Part shown: positions 33,992 through 63,925 of the stretch, piece by piece | Layout: each line of letters starts with the position of its first letter | How positions within the stretch are numbered: position 1 is the stretch's first letter | Assembly: GCF_009914755.1 (NCBI RefSeq) | Contig: NC_060943.1 | Strand: one strand, 5' to 3' | DNA: 64,000 nt | From: the human T2T-CHM13v2.0 reference genome, Homo sapiens | Program-made: the position numbers and the translations under genes | The notes under the pieces: model-generated | Databases searched by the model: none | What the model was told of the DNA's origin: nothing | The model's input: only the letters and a program-made list of their open reading frames with translations

Positions 33992-36581
33992 GTGAGTTTC
34001 TCACAATGTAGCAATTTCTCTTTAAATCTCTTAACTCTCTCTACCTGCGAGTCGGGGCTGTGACAGGGCGCAAAAGCGAGGGGGGAGTGGGGGTTGGCGG
34101 CGAGGGTGTGTGTGGGGGGAGCCGGAGCCGGGGCCGAACCCACCCCCGCGACACTCTCACACTCAGCCCCCCAGCCGGGGCGCAGCGCCCGCTGCCTCCT
34201 TTTTTTTTTTTTTTTTTTTTCCTGCTCGGCGCCCACCGCCACCGGCACCCCCAGCCCCGCGTCTCTTCCACCACCGCCGCCGCCCCGATCCTACGGGGAC
34301 CCCCCCCCCAACCGGCTTCCCTGCCCAGACCCGGCGCCCAGTGCCTCCCCGGCCCTCCCGCCGGCTGCCGGGGATACAATGGAGCGGCGGAGAGAGGAGA
34401 CCTAACGTTCCACGGGGGGAGGGGCGCGGAGACCCCCTCCCCGTCCCGGCCCCCTCCCCTCGCCCCGCTCCCCGCCTTTCGGGGAAGGCGAAGGCCACCG
34501 GGCAGCGGGCGGTGATCTCCCGGCCGGAGGCGGAGAGCCTGCATCTCCCCGCCTCGCTCGGCCCCTGCGCCCCCTCCCCAAATCCCTCCCGTGGGTGTCG
34601 CGGACAGTGGGGGGCCCTGGAAAGCTGGGGAGGGATGGATGGGGAAGGAGGCCACCGGGGCTCCCCCCTCCGCACCGCCCCTAAACAATGAAAGGAGTTG
34701 ACTTGACCCCCAGCCCCCGGCAATAGAGGGAGGTGACCCCCTCCCCCACCCCCAGCTGAGGCTCATCCCGGAGGGGGCCGTTACGGGGGTGGGGGGGTGA
34801 GCGCCTCCTGTCACTTCCCGAGGTTCGGGGCGGCCCCCCATCTCCTACCCCTCGGCCTGGGAACGGGAGGCACCAGGCCCGGCCGGGGCACCGCGCTCGG
34901 GTGGTGACCTTTAGACAAAGGCAGCCCTTTCCCCGGGGTGAGCCCGGACGAGCTGGGCCTGCGGCCTCCCCGGGCCCCTGCGGAGGGCAGCCAGGCCGCG
35001 GGCACCCGGAGGGAGGGATGGAGGAGGAGGGAGGAGGGATGGAGCCATCTGGTTTTCCCATCCCTGGCTGCCCCTCGTCTGCTTCCCCGACTCCTGTCAC
35101 GGGCGGCCGCGGGGAGACGAGGGACCAGGGGCTGCTTGGGCCTTGGTGCGCGGCCAGCCGGGAGGACCAGGCAAGGAGCCGCGGGAGAGCTAGGCTCGGG
35201 CTCGGGCGCCGGCGGTGATTGGGAGGCACTGCGGCTTCTTCCTCTCCGCGCCCCTTTGTTTTGCTTTGTGGTTCTGAGCAGCTGAACTTCCCGGGAGGTG
35301 GGGTCAGAGGCCGCGGTGTCAGCTCTCCCGGGGAGGCCCAGGTGACAGGTCCTAGCTCTCTGGTGTCCCCATCCTGGTGGGCTGCAGTCTGTGCCCAGGC
35401 CCATGTCCTGACCATCGTCCCCTTTTGTCACCCCCCCCCACACACACACCTACCTACCCACCCCATAGTATAATACAGATCTAGGGGTGCCTTTCTCTTA
35501 CACCTCTTTACGGAGGGCACTTGAAAGGGAAACTAGAAACATCCAAGGCATCAAGGCCTGAGATTCATGATAAGCTCTCTGTGCTTTTAACCTCTCCCAG
35601 CACCTGGGGTGGGTGTGGGGGGCTTTGTCAACTCTGACCTGCCCTGGGTCATGAGAAAATGGGAAGACAACTCAGGAAGCACCCCCTTCCCATGCACTGG
35701 TAGGACTTTTGGGACATGTTGACCTCCCTTGCCTTCCCTCATAGCTCCCCGCTCAAGATGGAAATATTAATAACAATATCAAACTAGGGAGCTTTATTCC
35801 GCTGCTGCTAAGTACATTACACGCTGGCCACAGTCCAAGGAGGAAATAGAGACGGGACAGACATTCCCGTTTTCCAGACAGGTTCATGGAGGCTCAGAGA
35901 GGTTAAGAAGCTTGCCCAGGGTCACACAGCCCTGGGTCACACAGAGCCCCAATTTGTAACCTCCTGGAGTTTTTCCAGCTTGGCTCAAAACTGTTAAGCC
36001 CTTCTTCTGTCCCACCCTTTGGCATTTTGTCCCCCTGACTTCAGTGGACCTGGTTCGGAAATGTAGATAATATTTAGAAGAAGCGGCCAGATTTTTTTTT
36101 TCCCTGGGAGCTGGTTTTGAGAAGGGGTAAGATGCACCTCGAAGTTGGGCTGAGGGCAGGATCATTTCACTTGTGGCTGGAATGGAGAATTGTCTGCAGG
36201 AACTGAGAACTGAAGGTGTGTGAGGAGTGGGGGAGGGGGAGCCCCAGGCCTGGCCAGTGATGGGCTCGGGGTACCTGGGAGCTGGCCCCACTGTCATCTT
36301 CTCCCTTCTCTACCTGAGCGGGGGACTTGGCCCCATTTGCTGCTACTCAGCCCTGAAGTAGAGAAGAGAGAAGCTGAACTGTTTGGGAATGTTGATGTCT
36401 GGTTGTTCCTATGCCCTGTGACCCGCTGTCGCTTTGCCACACCATGGCCCTTTGATGCAGCTAGCGGAGAACTTTCTTGCCTGTTCTCCTTGGCATGATC
36501 CACTCTGTAACCTTAGGCAGGTCATTTAACTGCTGGTCCTGTTTTCTCATCTGCAAGTGGGGGTAATTATAGTTCCTTTAA

Positions 36582-47870
<11,289 letters not shown>

Positions 47871-48702
47871 TGTGTGTGTGTGTACTCTCATATATTAGAC
47901 ATTACATAATACATAATAGAAATATAAAACTATACATTATTATATATAAAAATATATACTCCTATTTATAAAATTCCCTTTTATTTTCATTCCCCTCCCC
48001 GTCAGCGACCTCCTGTGCTGGAGTGAATTGCTTGCTTTGTGCGATGGATTTTTGCTTTACAGAAAGGATACTGCTTCTGTTTCTCCTCCTGCTGCTTTTC
48101 CTCCCAGTGCTGTGTTTAGAGGGTCGCCTTGTTGGTTACCTGTCCCTCCCTGCTGCTCCTCCCTGCTGTGCGCTCCATGGGCTGCAGGTAGTACAGTTCA
48201 CTTCAAATCCTCATGAGGGTCAGACCCCCAGGTGTTCACTATCTCCCTGTCACAGAGGCACAGAGGTAAAATGACTTCCCAAGGTCACACAGGGAGCTGC
48301 TGCCTGAGCTGGGATTTTCGTCCTCCTGGTTAATTCAGACTCACACTCAGGCTTCCTACTGCTTGGACTGTGGCCCATGTTCTCACCTCCAGCACAAATA
48401 GCCGGTGCTGTGCCTTCAGGGACTGGGGAGAGCGATGAGGCAGGAACACACCCATTCCCCTGCAAAGCCAGATCAGTGTCTGAGGATTGCCAGCTGAGCC
48501 TGGGGAGGTCAGGCGGGGAGGCATCAGGGTAGGCTTCCTGGAGGAGGGAGCTTCTAGGGCAGGCTTTGGGGCTTGGGGGTAGGGTAAGAAAAACAGGGAA
48601 TCTAGCATGATCCAAGGTCATTGCCCTGAGCAGCTGGGTGGAAGGAAGTGTTCTTTCTCTCTCTCTCTTTTTTTTTTTTTTTGAGACCGAGACCGAGTTT
48701 AG

Positions 48703-48849
<147 letters not shown>

Positions 48850-49145
48850 TAGTAGCGTCGGGGTTTCTCCATGTTGGCCAGGCTGGTCTTGAACTCCCGA
48901 CCTCAGATGATCCGCCCACCTCTGCCTCCCAAAGTGCTGGGATTACAGGCGTGAGCCAACATGCCCGGCAGATTGTGACTCCCTAGTGCCCTCAGGTAAA
49001 ACCTCTTCAGCTCCGTACAAAGTCTTTCTGATCTGGCCTGGCTTATCTCCTACCCTTTTCATCTTGCCTTTCACTCACCAAGCTGGTTCCCGCCTCCCCA
49101 CCTCGGCCTGCACTGTACTCTGCCCAGAGTCATCTTCCCCTGCTA

Positions 49146-49490
49146 CAAGCATACCCCAGAGAGCAGGCAGGTTAGGTTCTAGACAGTGCAGTAAAGTGAG
49201 TATCACAATAGAGCGAGCCACACACGTTTTTTGATTCTCCAGTGGATACAAAAGTTACGTTTATACGATACTGCAATCTGTTAAGTGTGCAATAACATCA
49301 TGTCTAAAAAAACCAGTGTACATACCTTAATTAAAAATTGCTTTATTGCTAAAATATGCTGATACTGACATGAAGTGAGCTTGTGACTGGGAAAATGATG
49401 CAGATAGACTCACTGGACAAAGGGTTGCCAGAAACCTTCAGTTCGTAAAAAAATGCTGTGTCTTTGAAGTGTAGTAACAAGTTATGCCTG
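49146..49490 (-). mobile_element. Non-autonomous Tigger1 internal-deletion derivative with both termini
   Basis: TA|CAAGCATACC...GTTATGCCTG|TA (TA at 49144-49145 and 49491-49492); internal TTAAGTGTGCAATAACATCATGTCTAAAAA and GGGTTGCCAGAAACCTTCA match the two Tigger1 ends. Confidence 0.8.
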
Positions 49491-49688
49491 TACCTCCCAC
49501 TGCCACGCCCTGACTTTTTTTTTTTTCTTTGGAAGATAGGGTCTCATTCTGTCGCCCAGGCTGGAATGCAGTGGTGTGATCATACTCACTCCTGTCTTGA
49601 CCTCCCAGGCTCAAGCGTTCCTCCAACCTCAGCTACCCGAGTAGTTGGGACCGCAGGCATGTGCCACCATACCTGGCTGATTTTTTAA

Positions 49689-49832
<144 letters not shown>

Positions 49833-51380
49833 TGAGACAGAGTCTCACTCTGTTGCCCAGGGTGAAGTGCAGTGACGTGATCTCAGCTCACTGCAACCTC
49901 CACCTCCTGGGTTCAAGTAGTTCTCCTGCCTCAGCCTCCTGAGTAGCTGGGATTACAGGCGTGAGCCACCACGCCCGGCTAATTTTTGTATTTTTAGTAG
50001 AGATAGGGTTTCACCATGTTGGCCAGGCTGGTCTCGAACTCCTGACCTCCAGTGATTTGCCCTCCTCAGCCTCCCAAAGTGTTGAGATTACAGGTGTGAG
50101 CCACCAACCTGGCCTTTTTTTTTTTTTTTTTAAGAGACAGGGTCTCACTGGTGCCCAGGCTGGATTGCGGTGGCGTGATTGTGGTTCACTGTGGCCTCCA
50201 ACTCTTTTGGGGCCACATCTCGCAGGTCTCTGCTTAAATGCTCCCTCCTCGGGGAAGCCCTCTTTGACTCTCTCGTCCAATTTCCTTCACTTCACTGAGC
50301 TTATTTCCATGTTAGGTGACATCCGCAGGGTCTGACAAGGACTGAATAAACCCCTAACTGATACTGAATGATTGAGGGGCCAGGTGACCTTTATACAGAT
50401 CGTGAGGAGATTGGGTTGGGTTTGGATTGGGTTTTTGAGTTTCTGAGCTGAGTTGGAGGCTTAGGAGAGAAAAGGAAAGAAGGTGAGGGAAGGTTCTGGA
50501 AGAGCCTGGAGGAGGTGGTACTGGGTTGGGCTCAGAAGTGAAGTTTGCTCACAGTTTGCGAAGTGGAGAGGGTGTGAAGGCAGAGGTTGTGTGTACAATT
50601 GGGAAAGCGTTCAGGAGGCCAGCATGGATGGGCTGAGAGACACAGGAGGAGAGGGAGGCCGTGGGGCTGTGTGGGGGCCGGGGGCACGGGGAGCTGGTAG
50701 TTAGGGAGAGCTCTGGCAGCTGCCTTGCTCGACATGGAGAGGCGCCTTTTGTTTCTTGGCCCCTGGGTCTTATGAGCAAATGGTGGTTCTTAATTTGGGG
50801 TAAGAGGGAGCTCCAGTCCTTTTAGGAATCTGCTTAGAGGCCACAGACTTTTCCCCAGAGAAACACACACTTGACTCTGTATCCCAAAGTTTGGCAAAGG
50901 GGTTCAGGAGGGGTGGGGAGCCAGTTAAGAGCTGTTCACGGATCGTGATGGCAATAACCATGATAATCACAGCCAGCACTTACCTTGGCTCGCCCCAGCT
51001 TGGTTCTGGTCTAGGCCACTTACAAGCATCAGCTCCTTCACTCACAGAAGGACTGGAGGAGGTAGGTGCAGGGAGCACCCCGATTTTACATGAGTAAACT
51101 GAGGCACAGAGCGATTAAGTGACTTGCCCAGAGCCCGACAGCTGCTAAGTGGCAGAGCCCCCACTCTCTTCCCTGGATGGTCTGCTTCCTGGATGGAGCC
51201 TGTTTCTGTTTTGTTTTGTTTTGGAGACAGAGTGAGACTCTGTCTCCCAGGCTGGAGTGCAGCAGTGTGATCTTGGCTTGCTGCAGCCCCGACCTCTCGA
51301 TCTCCCAGGCTCAGGCAATCTTCCTTCCTCAGCCGCCCAAGTAGCTGGGACTACAGTCATGTGCCACCATGGCCCGCTAA

Positions 51381-51950
<570 letters not shown>

Positions 51951-52529
51951 TGAGCCATTGCAGGCTGAGGCACAGCCTCTCTTTCTCCTTTTACGCTTCC
52001 TGATGTCTTCTTTAACATAATCATGGCCACCTCAGCTTCTTTCAGAGAGCAATATGTTCCTGAGCTAGAGACATGGGTGACCAGCTGGAGTCAGGATTTG
52101 GGGGGTGTGGTGTAGGTCTAGAGCCAACTGTGGCACTGGAACAAGGCCCCTACCTTGTTCAGCCTCAGTTTCCCTAATCAGCTAGAGAGGCCTACTTCCT
52201 CCTTGGAGGTTAAATAGATGACATTCATAGGTCAACGGAAATGCTGCATTTATGGCAATAACTGACCTTGTAGGTGTTTCAAAATTCAGGCCGTTTCAGA
52301 CCAGAGTGCACACAGGATGATGTGGGACCCCCCAGCAAGGCAGGCAGCTCCCCGTCAGCACATATGCTAGCACTTCTGCGAAGATTTCTGCAGCAAATAT
52401 ATCTGCTGCTGTTGATACTAAGAGGGAGATCTAAGGACAGCCATTGCAGTTCCGCTTTGCCCCACAATGAGCCAGGAAAAAAGAAAAGGATGGCTTTAGA
52501 GATTTTTGGAGGTTGGAATTGCAGATTAG

Positions 52530-52868
<339 letters not shown>

Positions 52869-53550
52869 TGAGCCACCGCGCCGGGCCAGGGTGTGGGGTT
52901 TAATTGGGATGATATGTTGTGGAGTGACTGGCACATGACAACATGACAAGGACTTTGTCATTGCTGGTTGCTATTACTATTGACTGTTGTTGCTATTATT
53001 ATTACTAACCCCTCTTCGGTCTGTATGGGCTGGTGCAGACACATTGGGCTGTGATGCAGATCCACAGTTTTCTAGACTTGCACACCAGTTCCTGGGGGAT
53101 CCTGTTACCACGTGAGTTCTGAGTCAGCTGGTGCAGACACTTTGCATTTCTAACTCCCAGGTGAGGCTGCTGTGGTCAGGGGCCTGCCCTCTGAGTAGTA
53201 AGGTGTCCAGTGGTTTTCCAGGTGTTTCTGAGTTACTTTCAAGGATTCTGCAAATGGAGGGGAGGCATTGGATGCCAGGGTCAAAATAAGATTCCTTAGC
53301 TCTTAGCTTTGGGGTTTGCCAATTTGCAGCCAGGTCTGTGTTAATCATTACATATGGAAAAAAGTCATATAACACGACCAAAGTCTTTGCACCATCTCCT
53401 CTTCTTTCCTTTTCCAAAGGTGACCTCTGTGGGGAGTTTGGGGCTCATGGTCTCTCTCTGTTGTCCAGGCTGGAGTGCAGTGGCATGATCATAGTTCATT
53501 GCAGTCTCAACATCCTGGGTTCAGGTGATCCTTCCACCTCAGCCTCCTGA

Positions 53551-53727
<177 letters not shown>

Positions 53728-53729
53728 TA

Positions 53730-55720
<1,991 letters not shown>

Positions 55721-55734
55721 CTTGTTGTAGTCTT

Positions 55735-55862
55735 TTATTTTTTTTCCCCACACGAAGTTTTCAAAATCTGGTGTGTATTTTACACTCACAGCACATCTCA
55801 GTTGGGACTCGACATATTTCAAGTGCTCAAATGTCACGTGAAGCTGCTCATAGTGGAAAGCA
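55735..55862 (+). mobile_element. MER33-like 3' fragment
   Basis: AAATCTGGTGTGTATTTTACACTCACAGCACATCTCAGTTGGGACT...ATTTCAAGTGCTCAA. Confidence 0.7.
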
Positions 55863-55871
55863 CAAGTTTAG

Positions 55872-56366
<495 letters not shown>

Positions 56367-57881
56367 TAGAGGCAGGAACTCACTATGTTGCCCAGGTTGG
56401 TCTCAAACTCCTGGCCTCAAGTGATCTTTTTGCCTTGGCCTCCCAAAGTTCCGGGATTACAGATGTGAGCCACCGCACTCGGCCGATTTATGTTTATTAT
56501 AATTATTGGTATGGCTGGAGGGCAGTGGTATGATCCCGGCTCATGGCAGCCTCTGCCTCTTGGGTTCAAGCAATTCTCCTGACTCAGCCTCCCAAGTAGC
56601 TGGGACTACAGGTGCACACTACCACGCCTGGCTAATTTTTGTATGCTTAGTAGAGACGGGGTTTCGCCATATTGGCCAGGCTGGTCTCAAAGTCGTGACC
56701 TCAGGTGATCCACCCGCTTCACCCTCCCAAAGTGCTGGGATTAGAGGCATGAGCTACTGCGCCCGGCCTTTCCCTGCTTCTTTTAAATGGAATATTTTAG
56801 TGTTCCATTTTATCTCCGCTTTTAGCCTGGTAGCGCTACCTCTTTATTGCTCTAGAGTTTCCATTCTCTGTCTTTGACTAGGACTTTGGCTTTGAATCTG
56901 AGTGAGATGGGAGCCATGGGAGGGCTTTGAGCTGGGGAGTGACCCGACCTGACATTTTTATATCCATACCTTGGGTTGCTTATGCAAGAGTGTTTCCACC
57001 GGCCAGATTCCTGGAAAAGGAATTGCTGAGGCAAAAGGGAGCGAGCATTTAGACTTTGGTGGCCCCGCCAAGTTGCATTCCAGAAAGGCTTCACCATTTT
57101 CACTGCTGGCAAACAGCAGCCGGAGCTTTTGAGTGGCTGTTCCATGCCAGGCCTGTGCCGGACTCTGGGGACCTTGGCAGGAGTCAGCCTGGGGCTGGCT
57201 GCTTCCTAATTCTCAGTCCTCGAGTCCTACCTCCGATCTCAAGAAAAGGTGAGGATTTCAGAGAGGCCATAAAAAGGAGAAGCAAGAGATGATTGTGGGT
57301 GGCTGAAGACGGCCTGGCACATCCCAGGTGATGGGAGAGCTGGCTGCATCCGATGGTCCCACCGCAGGGAGCGTGACCAGGAGGTGGAGTGTATTGGACT
57401 GGGAACCGCACGTGTGGGCTCCCATCACTGTGTGCCATGTTGGGGTGCAGTTGAGGGGTCAAATAATAGTACCGCCCTCATGGGACTTGTTTGGGAGGAT
57501 TCAGTGAGAGAGCAGAGAGCACACAGTCAGAACTTAAGGATCCGGGTTGTCATTTGACCAAATGATCAGCACGGTGGGAAGGGACCACCTTCAGGCACAG
57601 GCCCACCCAGCCTAGGGAAAGGCGTGACTCAAGTTTTGGACAGTGTTTAAGGCCTGTGTCAGAAGAACTTGGGCTCGGATCCCCAGCTGTCTCCTTCTCA
57701 GGCAAGTTCTCTGTTAGACGAGGTTAAATGACAGCAGAGTCTGCCTCCCGAAGTGGTGCAAGGGTTCGGCTCAGTGAGATGATAGCACCAAAGAGTTCAG
57801 TATCCATCCTGAACCACAGTAAGGGTTGATAAAGCTTAGCGGCTCTTATTAATATTGCTGTCATTTTGTTGCTGTCATTAA

Positions 57882-58367
<486 letters not shown>

Positions 58368-59404
58368 TAGTCTTCCTCTAGGACTAAAGCCCCAGAGGTG
58401 TGGGGCAGTTGCTCAGGGTCAGGAAATAATAGAGTAGAGATTGGAAGCCAGGTTCCTCTGACCCAGGGTTTCCCCATTTCTGGAGAGCTTCCAGGTTTAG
58501 GGAGCAAAGTCTCTTCTCCTGTTATAATGGACAGTGAACAAGACATGATATGAAAACACCACCAATGGTATTAATCATGCTAATGGTACCTCACCTGTAG
58601 TGAGTCATCGGGTGACAAGCCCTGACCTGAAGCCAGGCTATTTATAACCCGTCTTTATTGAGCTCCATCTGAATATTCATATGTTTAGCTCAGAAATATT
58701 AAGAATGGATTGCTGGGTGTCTCAGAACCCGCCGAGGGGCGTTCTGTGCGTTCACCCTGTCCCCCTCCAAAGCCTGAAAAACCCCTCATTTCAGAACACG
58801 TCTCACTCCAGAGGTTTCCACTAAAAGATCGTGGAGCCATGTGAATGTAAATTCCGTTTCCCCCTCTTCATACATCCCAGGCTGCATACTGCACACACCG
58901 TTTGGCATCTCCCAGCCTTGTGTTTTATTGTATTTACCACTCAGCTCTCCAGTCCTTGCCAGACGAGTGAGAATGAGCAGTGGCGTCAGGCCTTGACGGG
59001 CTCTGCAGGGTGGGCGGGAGGAGTGGGCAGTGCGGCTTCTGGAACCCATTCTCTGAAGGCTCAGAGCCTGGAGCCCAGAGCGAGGCCATGGCTGGGATGA
59101 GGGAGGAAGGGGGAAAGGCATCATGGACTAACTCGGGCCTGCCCTCGACATGGGATCTGCCTTGTGGGACCAGGAGGAGGCCATGTTGGCTGTGCCCACT
59201 TTGGTGGGAACCAGGAAGGAGGCCGAGCCTTGAAAGTGGCCAGGTAGAGGAAGGAATTCAGAAAGAGTGCGCCAGAAGGGGTTTCACTCACTTTCTCTCC
59301 CCCTTGATCACTGGCACGCTGTCTGCAGCCTGTACCACTTTGCGAAACTCACTAGGTTGTCGAGAGACACCTCAGACTTAATGTGTTCAATACCATGCTC
59401 CTGA

Positions 59405-59761
<357 letters not shown>

Positions 59762-59999
59762 TAGTAGAGATGGGGTTTCACTGTGTTAGCCAAGATGGTC
59801 TCGATCTCCTGACCTCGTTATCCGCCCGCCTTGGCCTCCCAAAGTGCTGGGATTACAGGCGTGAGCCACCGCTCCTGGCCACATACGTAAAGCTTTTAGA
59901 ATAATGCCTGATACATCAAAAGCAACATAAATGTTAGCTGCTGTTATTATAATTTTATTGTGGTACAATATACATAACATAAAATTGAACCATTTTTAA

Positions 60000-60379
<380 letters not shown>

Positions 60380-60708
60380 TAGGATTTTTTTCAAACAGAA
60401 GTTCGATACCTGTTGAACAATAACTCTCCATTCTCCCTGGCCCCCAGCCCCTGCAAAACTCTTCTGCTTTCTGTCTCATTGAATTCCCTACTCTAGGCAC
60501 CTCATCTAAGTGGAATCATGTGATATTTGTCCCTTTGTGTCTGGTTTATTTTATTTAACACAGTAAAGGCTCATACATGCTATAGCACATATCAGAATTC
60601 ATCCCTTTCTAAGGCTGGGTATTACTCCATTGTGCAGATATACCACAGTTTGTTTACCCACTTTTCTGCTGAAATGGATAAACTTGGATTGTTTCCACCT
60701 TTTAACTA

Positions 60709-61032
60709 CAAGTTGAGCATCCCCTAATCTAAAAATCCAAAATGCCCCAAAATCTGAAACTTTTTGATCACCAGCATGAAGCCTTTGCTTTCTGATGGTT
60801 CAGTGTACACAAACTTTTTCATGCGCAAAATTATTAAAATTATTTTATAACATTACCTTCAGACTATGTGTATAAAGTGTATATGAAACATAAATGAATT
60901 TTATGTTTATACTCAGTTCCCATCCCCAAGACAGCTCATTATGTATATGCAAATATTTCAAAACTCCTACAAAATCTGAAACCTGGAGCACTTCTGGTCC
61001 CAATTATTTCAGGTTAAGGGATGCTCAACCTG
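60709..61032 (+). mobile_element. Tigger4b-like TcMar MITE, complete, inserted in an L1M fragment
   Basis: TIRs CAAGTTGAGCATCCC / GGGATGCTCAACCTG (14/15 match); TA TSD at 60707-60708 and 61033-61034. Confidence 0.85.
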
Positions 61033-61924
61033 TATTATTATTTTGAGACAGAGCGTTGCTCTGTTGCCCAGTCTGGAGTGCAGTGGTATAATCATAGCTC
61101 ACTGCATCCTTGACCTCCTGGGCTCAAGTGATCCTTCCTCCTCAGCCTCCTGAGGATCTGGGACTACAGGCATGTGCCACCATGCCCAGCTAATCTTTAA
61201 AATTTTTCTGTAGATTTGGGATCTTGCTTTGTTGCCCAGGTTGGTCTCCAACTCTTGAGCTCAAGTGATCCTCCTGCCTGGGCCTCCCAAGGTGGTACTG
61301 GGATTACAGATGTGAGCTACTGCGCCCAGCCTGTATTATTAATATTATTGAGATGGAGTCTCTGTCACCCAGGCTGGAGTTCAGTGGTGTGATCTCAGCT
61401 CAGTGCAACCTCTGCCTCTCAGGTTCCAGCGATTCTCCTGCCTCCACCACCTGAGTGGCTAGGATTATAGGCGTGCACCACCACACCCAGCTAATTTTTC
61501 TATTTTTAGTAGAGATGGTATTTCACCATGTTGGCCAGGCTGGACTTGAATTCCTGACCTCAGGTGATCCTCCGATCTTGGCCTCCCAAAGTGCTGGGAT
61601 TACAGGCATGAGCCACTGCACCCAGCCTGTATTACTGTATTTAATATGCAACCTGGCTTCTGAATTTCTCCCTGTAACCTCACTTCCCACTGAGTCCTCT
61701 TCGTTCACTCACTTCAGCCACACCAACCTCTTCCTTCAAGGCAGGCATGAGTCTTACCCCAGGGCCTTTGAACTTGTTGTTCTCCTGCTGTGGGGCCCTC
61801 CTTCCCCTCCTTAGTCAAGCCTGCTCTTATCACCCTGTTTAAAATTGCAACTCCCTTGCGCGTCTCTCTCACTGCTTATTCTTCATAGCACTTCATTTTT
61901 GACATGCCATCTATTTTACATTGA

Positions 61925-62119
<195 letters not shown>

Positions 62120-62354
62120 TAGTAGAGACAGGGTTTCACCATGTTAGCCAGGATGGTCTCAGTCTCTTGACCTTGTGATCCACCCACCTCAGCCTCCCAA
62201 AGTGCTGGGAATACAGGCGTGAGCCACTGCGCCCAGCCTGTTTTTATTTTTTGAGACAGAGTCTTGCTCTGTTGCTCAGGCTGGAGTGCATTGGTGCAAT
62301 CTCAGCTCACTACAACCTCTGCCTGCTGGGTTCAAGTGATTCTCCTGCCTTGTT

Positions 62355-62790
62355 GAGACACATAATTCACATATCATAAAATCCAGCCATGTAAAGGGTA
62401 CAATGCAGTGGTTTTTAGTATCTCCACAGAGTTGTGCAACGGTCATCTCTGTCTAGTTTGAGAACATTTTTTCTCACCCTAAAAGGAAACCTCATACCCA
62501 CTACGAAGCCACTCCCCATCCCCTGCTCCTCCCAGCCCCAGCAGCCTTTATTTCGCTTCCTGTCTCCATGGATTTGCCTGTTGTGGGTAATTCACATAAA
62601 CATGATCGTACACTAGCCGATCTTTTTGTGTCTGGTGTCTTTCTCTCTGCGTCATGTTTTCCAGGTCCACCGCTGCTGCGGCGATGCCTCATTCCTTTTT
62701 ATGGCTGAATAATATTCCACTGGATGGATGGACCGGATTTTGTTGATCCATTCATCCGTGGATGGACATTGGGTCCATTCCCCTTTGGCT
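62355..62790 (-). mobile_element. L1MB-type 3' fragment
   Basis: CAGTGGTTTTTAGTATCTCCACAGAGTTGTGCAAC, TTCCTTTTTATGGCTGAATAATATTCCAC, GATGGACATTGGGT. Confidence 0.75.
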
Positions 62791-63403
62791 ATTACAGAAG
62801 CTGCTTGGTGGCTGTTTCTTTAGCCAGGTGGAAGGTGGCATTTCCAGCCCCTCTCTGCCCGGGGCTGCTCTTCCACTGTGCTCTCTCGGCACCCACGGGT
62901 CTCTGCCTCCCTCCTCCCTCTATTCCTCTCTTCCCTCCTCCTCCTGCTCTTTCTTTGTGTATCTCCCCCTCCCCCAGCCTCAGCCAAGAGAGAGTGAGTC
63001 TGGAAGTAATTTCCAGGGAGCCCGGGGTAGGCCCTGAGGCAGCTCTGCTCCCCCCTCAGGGAGGCCTCAGCCTGCCCTGAACACTGGCCCCAGGGGAGGG
63101 ACAGAAGGGACAGCCTGCTGCTTCTTCAGCTCCCGGGAAGGCATAGGGAGAGGGCCAAGCCTGGGAAACAGCTTTTCTCTGGGCTTTAAAAATTGTGTGC
63201 ATTTATTTGATTTTTTTGGAATAGGGAACACATGCTCAAGTATAAAACTCAGATGGTACCAAGGATTTCTAGTGACAAGTCTCCTCCCTCCCCCAACTCC
63301 CAGCCACCTATACCCACGTCCTCTTCCCAGAGGCAACATGGTTAGGATTTTTGGGCCTCCTTTCAAAGAGATGTTCTGTGCATGTGTAAGCATCTCTGTC
63401 ACT

Positions 63404-63456
63404 CGCTCTCTCTGTTTCTCTCTCTCTCTCTGTCACACACACACACACACACACAC
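63404..63456. repeat. Compound (TC)n-(CA)n microsatellite
   Basis: CTCTCTCTGTTTCTCTCTCTCTCTCTGTCACACACACACACACACACAC directly visible. Confidence 0.9.
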
Positions 63457-63463
63457 TTTTTAA

Positions 63464-63925
<462 letters not shown>

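Larger units (their letters stand above)
32820..35330 (+). promoter_or_regulatory. BICRA: Large CpG island: promoter and first-exon region of a + strand gene, probably BICRA (GLTSCR1)
   Basis: Very high GC/CpG, multiple GC boxes (GGGGGCGGGGGCGG at 33501, GGGGCGGGG at 33616), ATTGG 33558-33562, Alu-free, two consensus donors. Gene identity is from recall of the GLTSCR1 mRNA 5' end and the neighbouring 7SL pseudogene, not verified. Confidence 0.7.

Noticed and set aside
32931-35473. Long overlapping Pro/Gly/Arg-rich ORFs (up to 266 aa) on both strands
   Set aside because: Expected in very GC-rich DNA where stops are rare; no domain similarity recognised. Only the ATG at 33875 was retained
48040-48195. 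Possible cassette exon (acceptors TTTACAG at ~48062 or CCTCCCAG at ~48107; donor CAG|GTAGTA at ~48187)
   Set aside because: Weak donor and no coding or conservation evidence available from sequence alone
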